Assembly: GCA_026770705.1 (NCBI GenBank)
Contig: JANJGN010000042.1
Location: 2,356,001-2,420,000 of the forward strand
Origin: Isurus oxyrinchus
Taxonomy: Eukaryota
Direction: 5' to 3'
DNA: 64,000 nt
The position numbers and the translations under genes were made by a program. Within the stretch, counting starts at the first letter, position 1; every line of letters starts with the position of its first letter. Shown here in pieces: positions 14,331 through 26,846 of this stretch. The notes under the pieces are model-generated. The model worked only from the letters and a program-made list of their open reading frames with translations. It was not told the origin of the DNA and did no database searches.

Positions 14331-14878
14331 TTGGGACGCTATAACATTCAAGGCTATGGGCCAAGTGCTGGTAAATAGGATTAGGTAGGTAGGTAGGTCA
14401 AGTGTTTCTCAAGTGCTGGTGCAGACTCGATGGGCCGAAGGGCCTCTTCTGCACTGTGATTCTGTGAATCTGTGGCAGAGCTACAGCCAGGTCGTGCCTG
14501 AGTTAGGGTCCAGTGTAATGTAACCAGAGATAAGGCCTGGTATAATTTAAATGGTAAGTTGCTCCAGTGCAGTAATAACTGAAACAGAGCCTGGTTAAAA
14601 TAAACTTAAACATGGTCAAGTACATTAAAAACAGGGACAAGTTCTATGAAATATAAACATAAACAATATAGCACATCAATAACTAAGAAACCGCCTTATG
14701 TAACACAAACAGATATTATATGAGGTCAAATTTCAACAAAGCTTTTTGGAATTTAAACTTAGTTAATTTTATACATCTGAACTATTAAAAATGCCCTCAA
14801 TATCAGTAATGGGAAACGTGCATCTCCCAGACTCATCAAAACACAGCTGACATATAAAGGTACGTTTCAGAAATACAT

Positions 14879-14958
14879 TCCCACCCCCCCCCACCCCCCC
14901 CCACCCCCCCCCCCCCCCCACCCACCACACCCCCCCCACCCCCCCCCCCCCCACCACC
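14879..14958. repeat. Poly-C / (CnA) tract; G-quadruplex potential on the minus strand
   Basis: About 80 nt consisting almost entirely of C. Confidence 0.9.
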
Positions 14959-15224
14959 TTCCATGTTTTTTCCCAAAGGGACTCCAGATAAAGAGCAAGG
15001 TGGTTAACTTTGAATCTCTCTCTAAACATTCTCAGTGTGCAGTCATTTTTATTAAACGGCCACGAGAATCAGCAACCTGAGCACAGTCAGTAAAGCCAGA
15101 CGGCATCAACCGAGGCACAGGCAAAGACACAGACAGTCCAATTAACTGTATAAAATTCTCTGAACGATCTTCTGTGGACATCTCCCACAGCTGAGAAACA
15201 CTGAACGCAGGCTAGCGGAAACAC

Positions 15225-16012
15225 AACAAGAACAACAACAACAAAGAACAAAGAAAAGTACAGCACAGGAACAGGCCCTTCGGCCCACCAAGCCTGTGCT
15301 GATCATATTGCCCGTCAACTAAAACATTTTGCACTTCCGGGGTCCGTATCCCTCTCTTCCCATCCTATTCATGTATTTGTCAAGCTGCCTCTTAAACACC
15401 ACTATCGTACCTGCTTCCACCACCTCCTCTGGCAGCGAATTCCAGACACTCACTACACTCTGCATAAAAATCTTGCCCCGCACATCTCTGTAGTTTTCTC
15501 CTCTCACCTTAAATCTATGTCCCCTAGGAATTGAATCTCCCACCCTGGGAAAAAGATTCTGACTATCTACTCTGTCCATGCCACTCATAATTTTGTAAAT
15601 TTCTATCAAGCCGCCCCTCAATCTCAGTCCCTCCAGTCAGAACAATCAGAGTTTCTCCAACCTCTCCTCATACTTAATAACCTCCAGATCAGGCAGCATC
15701 CTGGTAAACCTCCTCTGCACCCTCTCCAATGCCTCCATATCCTTCTGGTAATGTGGCGACCAGAATTGCAAGCAATATTCCAAGTGTAGGCTAACCAAGG
15801 TTCTATACAGCTGCGGCATGATTTCCCAGCTTTTATACTCAATACCTCTGCCAATGAAGGCAAGCTTGCCATATGCCTTCCTGACTACCTTATCCACCTG
15901 CGTTGCCACTTTCAGTGACCTGTGGACCTGTACACCCAGATCCCTCTGCCTGTCGATGCACTTAAGGGTTCTGCCATTTACTGTATAATTCCTACCTGTA
16001 TTAGACCTTACA
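15225..16012 (-). mobile_element. CR1-type LINE 3' fragment (ORF2 C-terminus, 3' UTR and repeat tail)
   Basis: Minus-strand ORFs LYRTLVSLHLEYCLQFWSPH..ALERVQRRFTRM and RGGLIEIYKIM..RGHRFKV..WNSLPEEVVEA are typical CR1 ORF2 ends. Frameshifted, with a TTGTTC-like repeat tail. Confidence 0.93.
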
Positions 16013-16019
16013 AACTAAA

Positions 16020-18160
16020 CACCCGCCTGACATAGTCATGCTCAATGTTAATACCTTCCAACCAATATCCCCACGCCTGATTGACCCACCAGTGATGGCG
16101 GGATATTAGTCGGGAAGGAGTGCCCCTGGGGGTCCTCAATATTGACTCCAGGAGTCATGAATACTCCTGGCATCAGAACAGGCAACAGTGGAAAATCTCC
16201 TTTCTAATTCGAATTATTTCCCTACCTCAACTAATGAATCAGCGCGTCTCCATGTTGAACACAATTCTGGTGAAACCCTGAGAGCAGAAAAGGAAATGGA
16301 ACTTCAATGCACATCAGCAAGAATGGCTCGATACCAATACTGACTGAGCTGGCCGAGTCACGAAGGACATATCTACCAGACCGTGCCCCTGGAAGGTGTT
16401 GAGAGAACACAAGGAGAAAACTTACTTGAGATGGCTCTCATTACTCTACCTGGCACAGATACATCTCTCCACATCAGTATTGATGAGAGTGTGCACCGCA
16501 CTTTTCTTTTGGATACAAAGACCCATCTTCAGACTGAGAGCACCACCCGCGATGTTGTGTGGCATAATCATCGTGCTAAATGCGATAGACTTGGAGAATA
16601 TTTGGCAATTAAAACCGTGCGTCAGTGAGGCCATTAGCTTGAGCAACATTCTCATTCCCCCACAATATGCACGTCATGGGATGTATAACCCTCACTCTAC
16701 CATTAGGATGAAGCCAGGGGATCAACGGTTGTTCAGTGATGAATTTAGAGCAGTAGACCAGATGCAGCAACAAGAACATCTAAAAATGGGGCGTCAGCCT
16801 GATCAAGCTGTAACATGGTGGAAAATTGCTGAACAAACCCAATGCAGCCCATTGACCCTCAATCATTGTACTCTCAGCCAGCAGCAACCTGATGGAAGGT
16901 GTCATTGACGGAGCAATCAAACAGCAGCTCATCACCAACAAGCTGCTCAACAATGCCCAGTTTAGGCTTCACAAGGGCCTTTCAGTTCCCGACTACATCA
17001 CGTTGTTGATCTGAACAAAGACAAACAGCTGAATCCTAATATGAGAGTGAATGCCCTTCACATCAAGGTAGCAGTTGACAGATTGTGGCACCAAGGATCA
17101 TTAGCAACATTGAAGTCAATGAGAATCGTGGGGCGGGGGGTGGCGGGGCGGGGGGGGCGGGGGGGACTCATTGGAGTCATACCTAGCACAAATGAAAATG
17201 ATTGCCTTTGCTGGAGGCCAAAAACTCCACACCAGAGCATCGCTCTCGGAGTTCCTCAGGAAAGTGTCCTAGGCCCAGCCATCTTCAGTTGCTTCATCAA
17301 TGACTTTATTTCCATAATCATGTCAGAAGTAGCGATGTTCATGAATGTTGGCACAACTTTAGCACCTTTCTGGATTCCTCAGATACTGAAGCAGTTCATG
17401 CCTCCATGCAGAAAAAAAAAAAACATTTGGACAATATTAAACCTTTGGCTGATGAGTGGAAAGTGACATAACGTGTTACAAGTGCCAGGCAGTGACCATC
17501 TCCATCAAGAGAGAATCTAACCATCTCCGGTTGTTATTCATTAACATTAGCATCGCGGAATCCAACACCAGCAACACTGTGGGGGCCACAGCAGTAAATT
17601 AAGTTAACTGAACCAGCAACATATATGAAGCATCTAGAAAAGGTCAGAGGCAGCAGGTTGTATGGCGAGTGACGCACCTCATGACTCCCCAGAATCTGTT
17701 CACAATGTCCATGCAAACTTTAGGAATGTGATTGAATATCTCAGCTTGCCTGGATCAGGGCAGTTCCAACAACACACTTGCCGAGCAGGCCCGACGAACC
17801 ACATGGTCTTCTCCTAATACTATTTCTTATATTCGGAAGAACGAAGACACCATCTAGGAAAAATCATCGCGCCTGATGGCAATCCAATCCGCTATTTATA
17901 AATCCATTCCCTCCAGCACCACTGCACAAATACAGCTGTGTGCACCATCTACGAAATGCACTGTGGCAACTAGCCAACTGCCCTATGAAAGCGCCATGCA
18001 AGCCCTTGACTGTTAGCACCTAGAGGAACAAGTGTAACAGACCCATGGAAAGACCTATAAGTTCACCTCAAGGCCAAATACCACATTGGCTTGGAAATAT
18101 ATCGTTATTTCTTCACTGTCGCCGGGTCAAAACCCTGAAACCCCCTATCTAACAGCAATG
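16020..18160 (+). mobile_element. Highly decayed CR1/L2-superfamily LINE (EN/RT remnants and 3' end)
   Basis: GVPQESVLGPAIFSCFIND RT motif at about 17250-17305; its 3' portion matches the tail copies at 46420-46915 and 55285-55600. Confidence 0.8.
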
Positions 18161-18369
18161 AATCATAGGGTCATAGAAATCCACAATACAGAAGAGGGAC
18201 ATTCATCCCAGTAAACAAGCAGTAACCAGCCTTGTCAACTTTCCAGCTCTTGGTCTGTAACCTTTTAGGTTGTTTCTCTTCCAGTCTCTGCGATCCTTTC
18301 ACATCATGAGTTTTAGATTCCCATCATCCTTTGGGTGAAAACATTTGCCGTGACCTATTTACTCTAGAA

Positions 18370-19990
18370 TGAAGGGGTCGACAGTACTTTAGCCAGATTT
18401 GCTGATGATACTAAGCTGGAAAGCGAAACAGGTTCTGAGGAGGACACTCAGAGGCCACAGTGACATATTGGTAAGCTAAGTGATTGTGCTGAAATTTGGC
18501 ACATGGACTATAAGGTTGGAAAAATATGAGGTTGCCTAAGTTTGCAGGGTAAGTCGAAAGGCAACATGTTATTTAAATTGAGAGACGGCTGCAGAATTCC
18601 TCGGTGCAGAGAGATCTGCGTGTGTTTGTACACAGATCACACAAAGCATGCGGGCACAGCAAAGAGTTAGGAGGCAAAGAGAATAATCCCTTTTCTGCAG
18701 CATTGTGTTACCTCAGTTTCCTTTGTTCAAAAGTAAACAAACCTAACCTATCCTCCCAAATAGCAAACCCAAATAGTAAATCTCCATTGTAACGTGTCGA
18801 GCCCAATCAAATCTTTCCGATAGTTCCTGGCCCAGGGCTGCACCAAACACTCTAACTCGGGGCTACCTAGTGTTTTACACAGTTCCAGCAGAACGTCTCA
18901 ACTCGTACTTTCTATGCCTCGGAGAATAAAGGCAAGAAACCCGTCTGTTTCTTGATCACCTTATCTACCTGTCCAGTCACCTTTATGAATCTCTGCATTC
19001 GATAGTCCCACTTTACTTCTCAGTGTCTTATTATTCGTGAATCAATGGAATTCACTACCTCAGAATGCACTGGATGCCGGGATGCTGAATAAAGTTAAGG
19101 AGGAGAAAGACAGATTTTTAATTAGTAATGGATTGAAAGGTTTTGGGGAGAGGATGGGAAATTGGAGTTGAGGCCGAAATGAGATCAGTCATGATCGTAA
19201 TGAATAGCGGGGCAGGCTCGAGGGGCGGAATTGCCAACTCTTGCTCCTGGTTCTTATGTTCTTATTTACTGTTTATTACTTTACCTTGTTAGCTTTCCTT
19301 AAATGCACTTCCTCGCAATTATCTTTATGCCATTCTTATGTCTATCTGACTGGTCGATTTCCTGCAGTGTACAGCTATCTGCTTCATTTTTAATCACGCA
19401 CCCAATTTGTGTATCATCTAAAGCCTTCTTAATCATGCTCTTTTCAGTCATGTGCGAGTAATTGATACATGCAAGAAAAGGCAAGTGTCCTATTACTAAG
19501 GCCTGGGGGATACCACTCCCATTTACAGAAACACCCCGTGTCATTTACCGTTTGCTTCCTGCCATTGAACCAATTTTGGATTTACCTCTCCGCTTTGCCT
19601 TGGATCACATTGGCCTTTAATTTCGGAACCGCTCTGCCATGTAGAAACTGGTCATTTTAAAATCCACATAGACTACATCGAATGCATTGTATCCATCGGC
19701 ACTCCTTATTATCCTTTCAAAACATTTAACCATAATAGTCACACTCGCCCTTCCTTTAACAAATTCTTGCTGTCCAGATTTGCTTAGTCAGTGTCATTCT
19801 AAATGTAGATGCACCTTGTCTCTTAGAATGTTCTCTTTCCAATACTATTCCCGGTTCCTACGGTTCCTAGATTATATTCACTGTTCTGTAATCACTCAGT
19901 ATATACCTTTCTCCGTTTTGAACAATGCACAACGTTAGCTGTCCTCTTGCCCTGTCTCAGTGCCTGAATTTGCAAAGGATTATAAAGTGA
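18370..19990. mobile_element. Nested decayed CR1 fragments on both strands
   Basis: FADDTKL (18399) and QRDL on +; SGIPQALVIGHLPFLACIN and DDTQIG on -; CR1-like 3' tail at about 19065-19262. Confidence 0.75.
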
Positions 19991-20297
19991 TGGTGATTCC
20001 TATGCCGAGGATTCAATTCGGGCGGATCTTGGGATTTATGCAGTTTCAAAGGTATTAAACCGCTTGATACTTTCAAGAAGGTGGAAATTCGCCATTTCTC
20101 AAGGAGAACTGGGAATGGGTAGAGATGTTTGACTTAACCACTATTCCAAATCAGTCGATAATTAATAAGTAAAACATTAGAGACTGTCTAATGTAATATA
20201 AACCATCCATGCCCATCCCTACATTACACTAGGCCCTTTCTCAGTTATTGCCGCCTGAGGCAGTGCTGGTTTAGTATGATTTCGGCAAACCAACTTA

Positions 20298-20316
20298 CAC
20301 TGTCACCTGGTGGCCA
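20298..20316 (-). promoter_or_regulatory. CTCF-like motif (module copy 1)
   Basis: Minus strand TGGCCACCAGGTGACAGTG, one mismatch to the core CCASYAGRKGGCRS. Confidence 0.5.
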
Positions 20317-21504
20317 ATCGTTGTCATTACTGCTATCGTGAAAATGTCGACGTTCGTAACTGTTGTTGATAGAAACGTATCAACAAACAAATGTGCGCTT
20401 ACATTCTGCTCAACACATTTTTAATGAAAGGGAATTAAATGCTGTGAAAATAACTGAAGAAGCAAATCCACCTTTGCAAACATTAGGAATAATGTGTTTT
20501 GTATGGACACACTCACAGACACAAATAGACGCAGATACATATGTTGAGGCTCAGTCACACAACCAGTAACACGGAAAACGTGAATGTAAAGGCCCTCAGG
20601 AGAAACATTCTTTAACATTAAAACACGGTGTACAATAGACACAACAGAGATTTCCACTAATCTTTATAAACTGCAATGCACTCTGGCTCTCCTATCCTTC
20701 AGTCCCTCAATCCAGTTCAAATTTCCGAGATTGTCATAAGATTCGACCAGTACTTTCAACAAAACTGTGACATAACACCAGAGCAATGGGAAATTGTACA
20801 CAGGTTCTGATGGCTGTGACCAAGACTAAACGTATTTTACAACAAACAAAAATCCATCTTCCCACCTAGTCAAATATATGTTCTTGAATTATTATGAGAC
20901 ATACTTCTCCCTTCATCCATCTGTCCATTTACCTATCACAGAAAAAAATGCTGTACCACAATAACTGACATTGGCAATAGATTAATATAAACAAAGTGTC
21001 CAGTGCTGTCATTACAGAAAAGAGGCCTTATTTAACATAAACAGCGATAAGGACTCCTGCACTCTGAGCAGTTTAGTCCATGAATAACTATGGCAGACCC
21101 CGTCGAATATAAGCAGGGAGATGGCCTCATGCAATTTAAAGGTGGGCATAAAATAGTGCAGAAATAAAGGAGAAAGGGTTTAGTGTAATATAAATAAGGA
21201 CATGGATGAGTGCAATATAACCAGACACATGCGTCAGTGCAGCAATAATTGAAAAAGGGCCTAGTGTAAAGGATGGATGCGCACAGAGTTTATTGCACCA
21301 ATGTCCGTGACTGGACCCAGTAGAATATGGACGGAGACATGGTCAGGTTATGGCCTTGCAAACCCCTTCAGTAACTTGAACACTTCTTTTAAAACATCTC
21401 TTAACTCTCTCTGCTCTAGGATGCTATTTCTATCGTTTTTCCACATAACGGAAGCCCCTCACCCCATTCTGATAAATCCTTCGACAGCATCTTCAGAACC
21501 CGAG

Positions 21505-21770
21505 AGCTCTGCGACATAGAAGACCAAGGACAGCAGGTGAATGGAAGCACCAACAACTGCTAGTGCCGCTCCAAGTCACACACAATATTCTAATTTGGAA
21601 ATATAGATTTTTTTCCTTCGTTGTTATTGAGTCAAAACCCCAGAGCTCCCTTCCCACCAAAACTGTTTTTGGATTTGAAACACACACAAGGCGGCTCACC
21701 AACACATTCTCCAGGGCAATTAGGTATGGCTAGTAAATGTCGGCCTTGACAGAAATGTCAAAATCTGAGA
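21505..21770 (+). mobile_element. LINE 3'-end fragment
   Basis: Same family as 46420-46915 (TTGGAAATATA..GAGTCAAAA..GGCGGCTCACC..GGGCAATTAG). Confidence 0.75.
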
Positions 21771-21888
21771 ACGAAGTAGAACTAGCAATAACTGAGTGAA
21801 GGTCTGCTGTGATATAAACATAGACATGCTATGGAGCAGTAATAATTGAGGCAATGTATGTATGTTTCCATGGAAGCAATCGCGCTAG

Positions 21889-21907
21889 CACTGCCACATG
21901 GTGGCGA
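21889..21907 (-). promoter_or_regulatory. CTCF-like motif (module copy 2)
   Basis: Minus strand TCGCCACCATGTGGCAGTG, one mismatch to the core; flanks are paralogous to copy 1. Confidence 0.45.
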
Positions 21908-22176
21908 AAGATTGCCATTGCTGTTACTGTAAAATGCCTTCATCAGTTATTGTCACTTATATTAACGCACCAAAAACAAGATACAATGATATATAAGATC
22001 ATTACATTCTACAAGGGGTGGCAAAGGATAACAATGCAAAGGATTCCATCTGAGTGAAGCTTTGTTGCACAAAGAAACATTAGCAAAAGGACAAAGTGGT
22101 TCAAATCCTGTTAATTTATATTAATGTACCTTTATTGGCGTTAATTGAAGGGAGGACTTTTGATCAGGGAACATTT

Positions 22177-22322
22177 ATGTGTGTGTGTGTGTGTGTGTGT
22201 GTACGTCTGTGTGTGTGCATGTGTGTGTGAGTGTGTATGTGCGCGTGTGTGTGTACGTCTGTGTTTGTCTGCCTGTATCTCTGTTTGTCTGCTTGTTTAC
22301 TTATGTGCCTGTGCGTGTTTGT
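22177..22322. repeat. Imperfect (TG)n microsatellite
   Basis: Direct inspection. Confidence 0.95.
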
Positions 22323-23349
22323 CTAAACACATCATTCTTAATGTTTTTATGCGAATTCTGCAAAGGTAAATGATTATGTTTTCCAGTTATGTTTCTATAT
22401 TTTATTCCCTTTGATTAAAAATATAATTTTAGGTCCTGTAATATCCTTAATGTGCATTGATTATCCATTTATTTTGTTCTCATATTTAGATCGCATTGTC
22501 CCACCGATCTGTTATCAAGGCAATGTCTGTCCTCAGAAATCATTTGTGAAAAGTGATTATATCGGAGCATGCATAACGTGTATGAACACATTGTTCTTTG
22601 TGACAGATTGTTAGTTGATCAAAAGCGCATCTCACGGGACCTTGTATTGATTTCTGCATGTTGCAGTAAAAGTGAGAATCTCACTATCCGTGACCTGAGA
22701 TTAATAAAACATTTCCTTCAGTCAGAAAGAAATCGAATTATATCCAACAATCATTTGCAACTATATAGCCCCTTTAATGTCGTAAATCGCTGCACGTTGA
22801 TTCACCAGACCACTAACAGGCCAAGTCTGACACCGAGTCACGTAAGGAGACACAAGGGCGGATGACCATACATTAGGTCAACGACGTAACTTTTAGTGAG
22901 GATAGTAAAGGAGGAGAGAGGGAGAAGGGGTTTATGAGTGAATTCCATGGCTTAGGGCCAAGGCAGTTGGCAACAAGTGATAAAATTCACGGATACAAAA
23001 GATGTGAGAATTCGAGGAGGGAAGGGGGAGGATTGTGAGGCTGAAGGAGCTGATAGGGATGGGAGTGGTGGTGGTAAGGTCGGGGGAGAGGTGGTGGAGG
23101 CCATGGAGGGAGTTTAACAATTGTGATAATTTTATTACTGATGCATTCCTTAACCGAGAGCCGCTGTGAATCAGGGAGAATAAGGTTGATGGGCCAACTG
23201 GACATGTCTGCCTTAAGATATGGGCAAGAGCATTTAGCTTGAGCTCCTATTTATGGAAGGTAGACTCTGGGGGGATGGTCAGGAAACCATTGGAATATTC
23301 AGGTCTAGAAGTGACAAAGAGTTCGATGGGAGTTTTAATCCACTGCCTA

Positions 23350-23930
23350 TGTCATGTTGACCCAGAAACAGGGAATAATTAATTGGGTTTCTGCTCCTAT
23401 GTCTGTCGGTGTCATATAGGACCAGTAACAAATAATCATTCCTAGGGTTTGTGCTCGCATGACTGCCTGTATCAAATAGGCCCAGCATCTGGAGATAATG
23501 CCCAGGGCTTGTGATTCAATGTGTGTCTGTGTGACTTGGGACCAGCACCTGGGAATCATTAATATGACGTGTGATTCAAGGGCACTTCGTATCAGATAAT
23601 CCCTGCACCTATTAGCAATTCCCAGGTTTTGAACAACTAAACGGTCATACATCAGCAAATCCAGGTTCTGGGGACAATTCCCAGCGTTTATCTTCTCTGG
23701 TGAGTCTGCTGGGCCCAGGTGCTTGATACTAGCCCCAGGACCTATGCTCCCTGATGCTTCTAACATCCCCCAGTATCTAGGAATCACATTCAGGATTTGT
23801 GCTCTCTGGAGCGTCAGATGGTTTCTGTCACAATTGCCTCATGATCTGAGAATCTTTCCCAGGATTCATACCCCGGTACTTCAGAGAGGATACAGGTTCT
23901 GGGAAGCAATCTCAAGGTATGAATTCATTC
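23350..23930. repeat. Degenerate about 60-bp tandem repeat (about 10 units)
   Basis: GACCCAG/GGACCAG/GGCCCAG/GGACCAG at 23359, 23419, 23479 and 23539, each followed by a CTGGGAAT-like and often a CCCAGG(G)TTTGTG-like motif. Confidence 0.7.
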
Positions 23931-25800
23931 GAAATGAACGTCCATATACCCAATGGAGATGAACCTGGACTGTTTGGAAACATTGTTGCTGGGCAGATCT
24001 GTGTATAAATAGGTTCCTTTGCTAACAGCTGGGTTCTTGTTGCCTTGCTCTATTTGATCTGTGAGCAGGAAACTGATTGTTGAAGTTTCTGCACAGCAGC
24101 CACAGATGTTTCCTGTAAATTGAAATGTGAATATTCTCTCCTCCCTGATGGTGGAATGCTGGACTCCTGTCACTGCCTGTTGGGCAGAGATATGGGATGA
24201 ACGTGTTGTTCAACAAACTGGGAATAAATTTAGCAGCAAATGAATCGTTAGGCAATCTTAATCTAAATTGCATTTCTTATGAGATGATATTAAGGAAACT
24301 GTGTTTTGCGTATGGCAGGTGCAGAACAGACTAAATGCGGCAACAACAGTACAATGATTTCGGGATTTTAATTAATTAAGGCCAATTTGATTCTGATAAT
24401 TGCGAAGTTCTTTCACAATCCTGTAACATGGAATGCCAGCTGAGCTGGTATCACACAGATATAAATAACACATTAACTACTCTGATACTAAAGTTTGATT
24501 CATTTAACAATTTTGTAATTTACCCAATGGTCTGCAGACGGTGGAGTCACAATCCCAATCTGGAGACTGGGAACTCATATTATTCACTGAACTGTTAGTA
24601 CAATTGTAATGGCAGGCTTTATATTTTCATATATAACCCGTTAGCACATTTGGTCTTGGCACCTGAAAAGCTGAGCACAACTGGCTTGATATCACCATAA
24701 ATTCAATGATTTCTCATCCTTGGTGCAAATTAACAACATCAAAAAAAAAAATCAAACTCGTGATGCCCCAAATCTCTGAATATAATTTATGGTTTAGTGG
24801 GGTCACCCAGATCGATATTGTTTTATCTGCATTGCTAAATATTTCCCAATGGTTTGTGGGATAAATCTGTCACATCAATTAGAAAGATAGACATGGTGAT
24901 TTAATTCTTAACTAAACAGGGTTCAGCTGCACTGTGCAGCATCATCACACACACATTCCTCGGTGCAAATCTCAACTTCTCCCATTTAGAATCATTCACT
25001 GTGAAATGAAAGAACAATATTCACACTGGTGACCAGAAATCCAGTGGAAAATTGATTCACGGAGGATTGTTTTAAAGTGAAGCTTCACATTTCACGATGG
25101 ATTATATCTGAAATTAAGTGACATTATTCCGAAACTGTCGATGTCTTGGGACAAATATAATAGCTTTCTCTGAACAAATATCAGTAACATTTGTATCTTT
25201 TATCACACAGATAGGGGAACATGGGAATAAAGAAGACATACATTTAACCAGTGCATTTCACAACCACAGGATACCTTAAAGCGCTTTATAGGCAATGAAG
25301 ATTTGTTTGTTTATTTATAAACCTATAATCACCATTGTATTGCAAGGAAAGACAACCGTGAATTTACGTATAGGAGGATCCAACAAACTGCGCTGTGATA
25401 AATCACTAGATAAGCTGATTTTGGGATGTTGGCTGAACGAGAAATATTGGCCCCAGGGGATCTCTCCCTTCATCTTTGGAATAATTCCATGGGTGTGTTT
25501 AGGTCCTTCTGAGAGCAATTGGACACTGAGCACATGTGAGGTGTTTATTGGGAATGTAAAGATTCGCACTGAATCAATTTAAACCTGCTTTGGAGTGAGA
25601 GTATCACATCCCAAAGGATAAATAGACAATCAAAAAGATACGTTTGTGGAACACGGAATATTAATGGTTAATAATTGTTTATACAGCTGGACTCAGACAG
25701 GAAAAAGGAGGAGGAGCCAGGCTGTTAACTGGGGGAGGAGAGTGACTCCCATTCTCCAGCTTTGTCTCTCTCTCTCTCTCTCTTATTTGACTCTAGCTGG

Positions 25801-25808
25801 TATAAATA
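25801..25808 (+). promoter_or_regulatory. TATA box of the VH promoter
   Basis: TATAAATA 98 bp upstream of the leader ATG, preceded by a (CT)n tract. No ATGCAAAT octamer seen in the proximal promoter. Confidence 0.8.
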
Positions 25809-25898
25809 GCGGGACGGTTCAGCTCCTGGTTCACAATCCGCAGGTGTCACTGCGACGGAGAGTCACGCTCCCAAGTCAGTTATACCCAGAGACTGAGG

Positions 25899-25944
25899 AT
25901 GGGATTTGCGCTGTGCCTTTGCTTCTTCTTGGCTTACTTCACCT
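25899..25944 (+). CDS. IGHV: IgH leader exon (MGFALCLCFFLAYFT)
   Basis: 46-nt hydrophobic exon ending in phase 1 before GTGAGT; a 125-nt intron ends at CAG 26069. Confidence 0.93.
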
Positions 25945-26069
25945 GTGAGTATTCCTGACTATATAAGTGATACAATAAAGTCTGCTTCTTGTCTGATATC
26001 GTGTTGCTATTTAAGTTCAATGATTTGATTGTTTTCTAATGTAATTACATTTTTTCCATTCGCTAACAG

Positions 26070-26371
26070 ATGTCCAATCCGCCATTGTGCTGACTCAGCC
26101 GGCTGCAGAGACCGCTAAGCCGGGACAATCTCGCAAACTGTCCTGTTCGGTGAGCGGGTTCAGTCTGGACAGCTACTATGTGAGCTGGGTTAAACAAGTT
26201 CCTGGGAAAGGGCTGGAGTGGCTCCTTGCTTACAGAAAACCCTCGGATACCACGTATTACGCGCCTGGAGTCGAAGGTCGAATCATCCCATCAAGAACTT
26301 CGTCCACATTTTACATTGAGATCAAAAATCTGAGAACCGAAGACACCGCGAGGTATTATTGTGCAGGAGGC
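26070..26371 (+). CDS. IGHV: Unrearranged immunoglobulin VH exon
   Basis: (Y)VQS-AIVLTQP..LSCSVSGFSL..WVKQVPGKGLEWL..EDTARYYCAGG; canonical Cys, Trp and YYC; open frame; followed directly by an RSS. Confidence 0.98.
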
Positions 26372-26410
26372 CACAGCGAACTGAACAAGCCCAGAACTCG
26401 TACATAAACC
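26372..26410 (+). other. VH 23-RSS
   Basis: CACAGCG (26372-78), 23-bp spacer, ACATAAACC (26402-10). Confidence 0.95.
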
Positions 26411-26766
26411 GCAGAAGAATAATTACAGCGAATCATAAGTCAGTATTAGCTCAAAATAGGTTAAGAGATGTGTTTGAACCTAGCTTGAAAAGTTACATTT
26501 TCCAAGGAAATAAAGTGGTGAATAATAAAAACCAAAAATGACTAACTCTGTATATTAAAGAGCATAGATACCGCTTAGAATGTGCACAACTGATGACTAG
26601 GAGCCAAATGGAAATATTAACAAATTATTAGGTGAATGGGGATAATTTTAGCCCAAAGTTCTGCTCCTGAGTAAAACTCTTGGATGAATTGCAATCAAAA
26701 TCTACAAACCTTCTGCTGACTGAAAGGTTTTATTTATACACTGACTCACAGTCAGTGTGTGAGAGC

Positions 26767-26846
26767 AGTATTTGTGCCGGCTTGTGTCACTGTGTTACTA
26801 CATTGGGTCACGGTGCTGTGTATAGCGAACTCCTCATACAAATACC
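26767..26846 (+). other. IGHD: D1 segment (core 26795-26808 TTACTACATTGGGT) with 5' 12-RSS and 3' 22-RSS
   Basis: AGTATTTGT-12-CACTGTG | core | CACGGTG-22-ACAAATACC. Confidence 0.95.

Noticed and set aside
25450-25460. EBF-like GCCCCAGGGGA upstream of VH
   Set aside because: Appears to lie within a decayed interspersed repeat (about 25230-25620); a single motif is insufficient evidence.
25646-25948. 100-aa ORF over the VH promoter
   Set aside because: Different frame from the true leader, which starts at ATG 25899 and splices at 25944.
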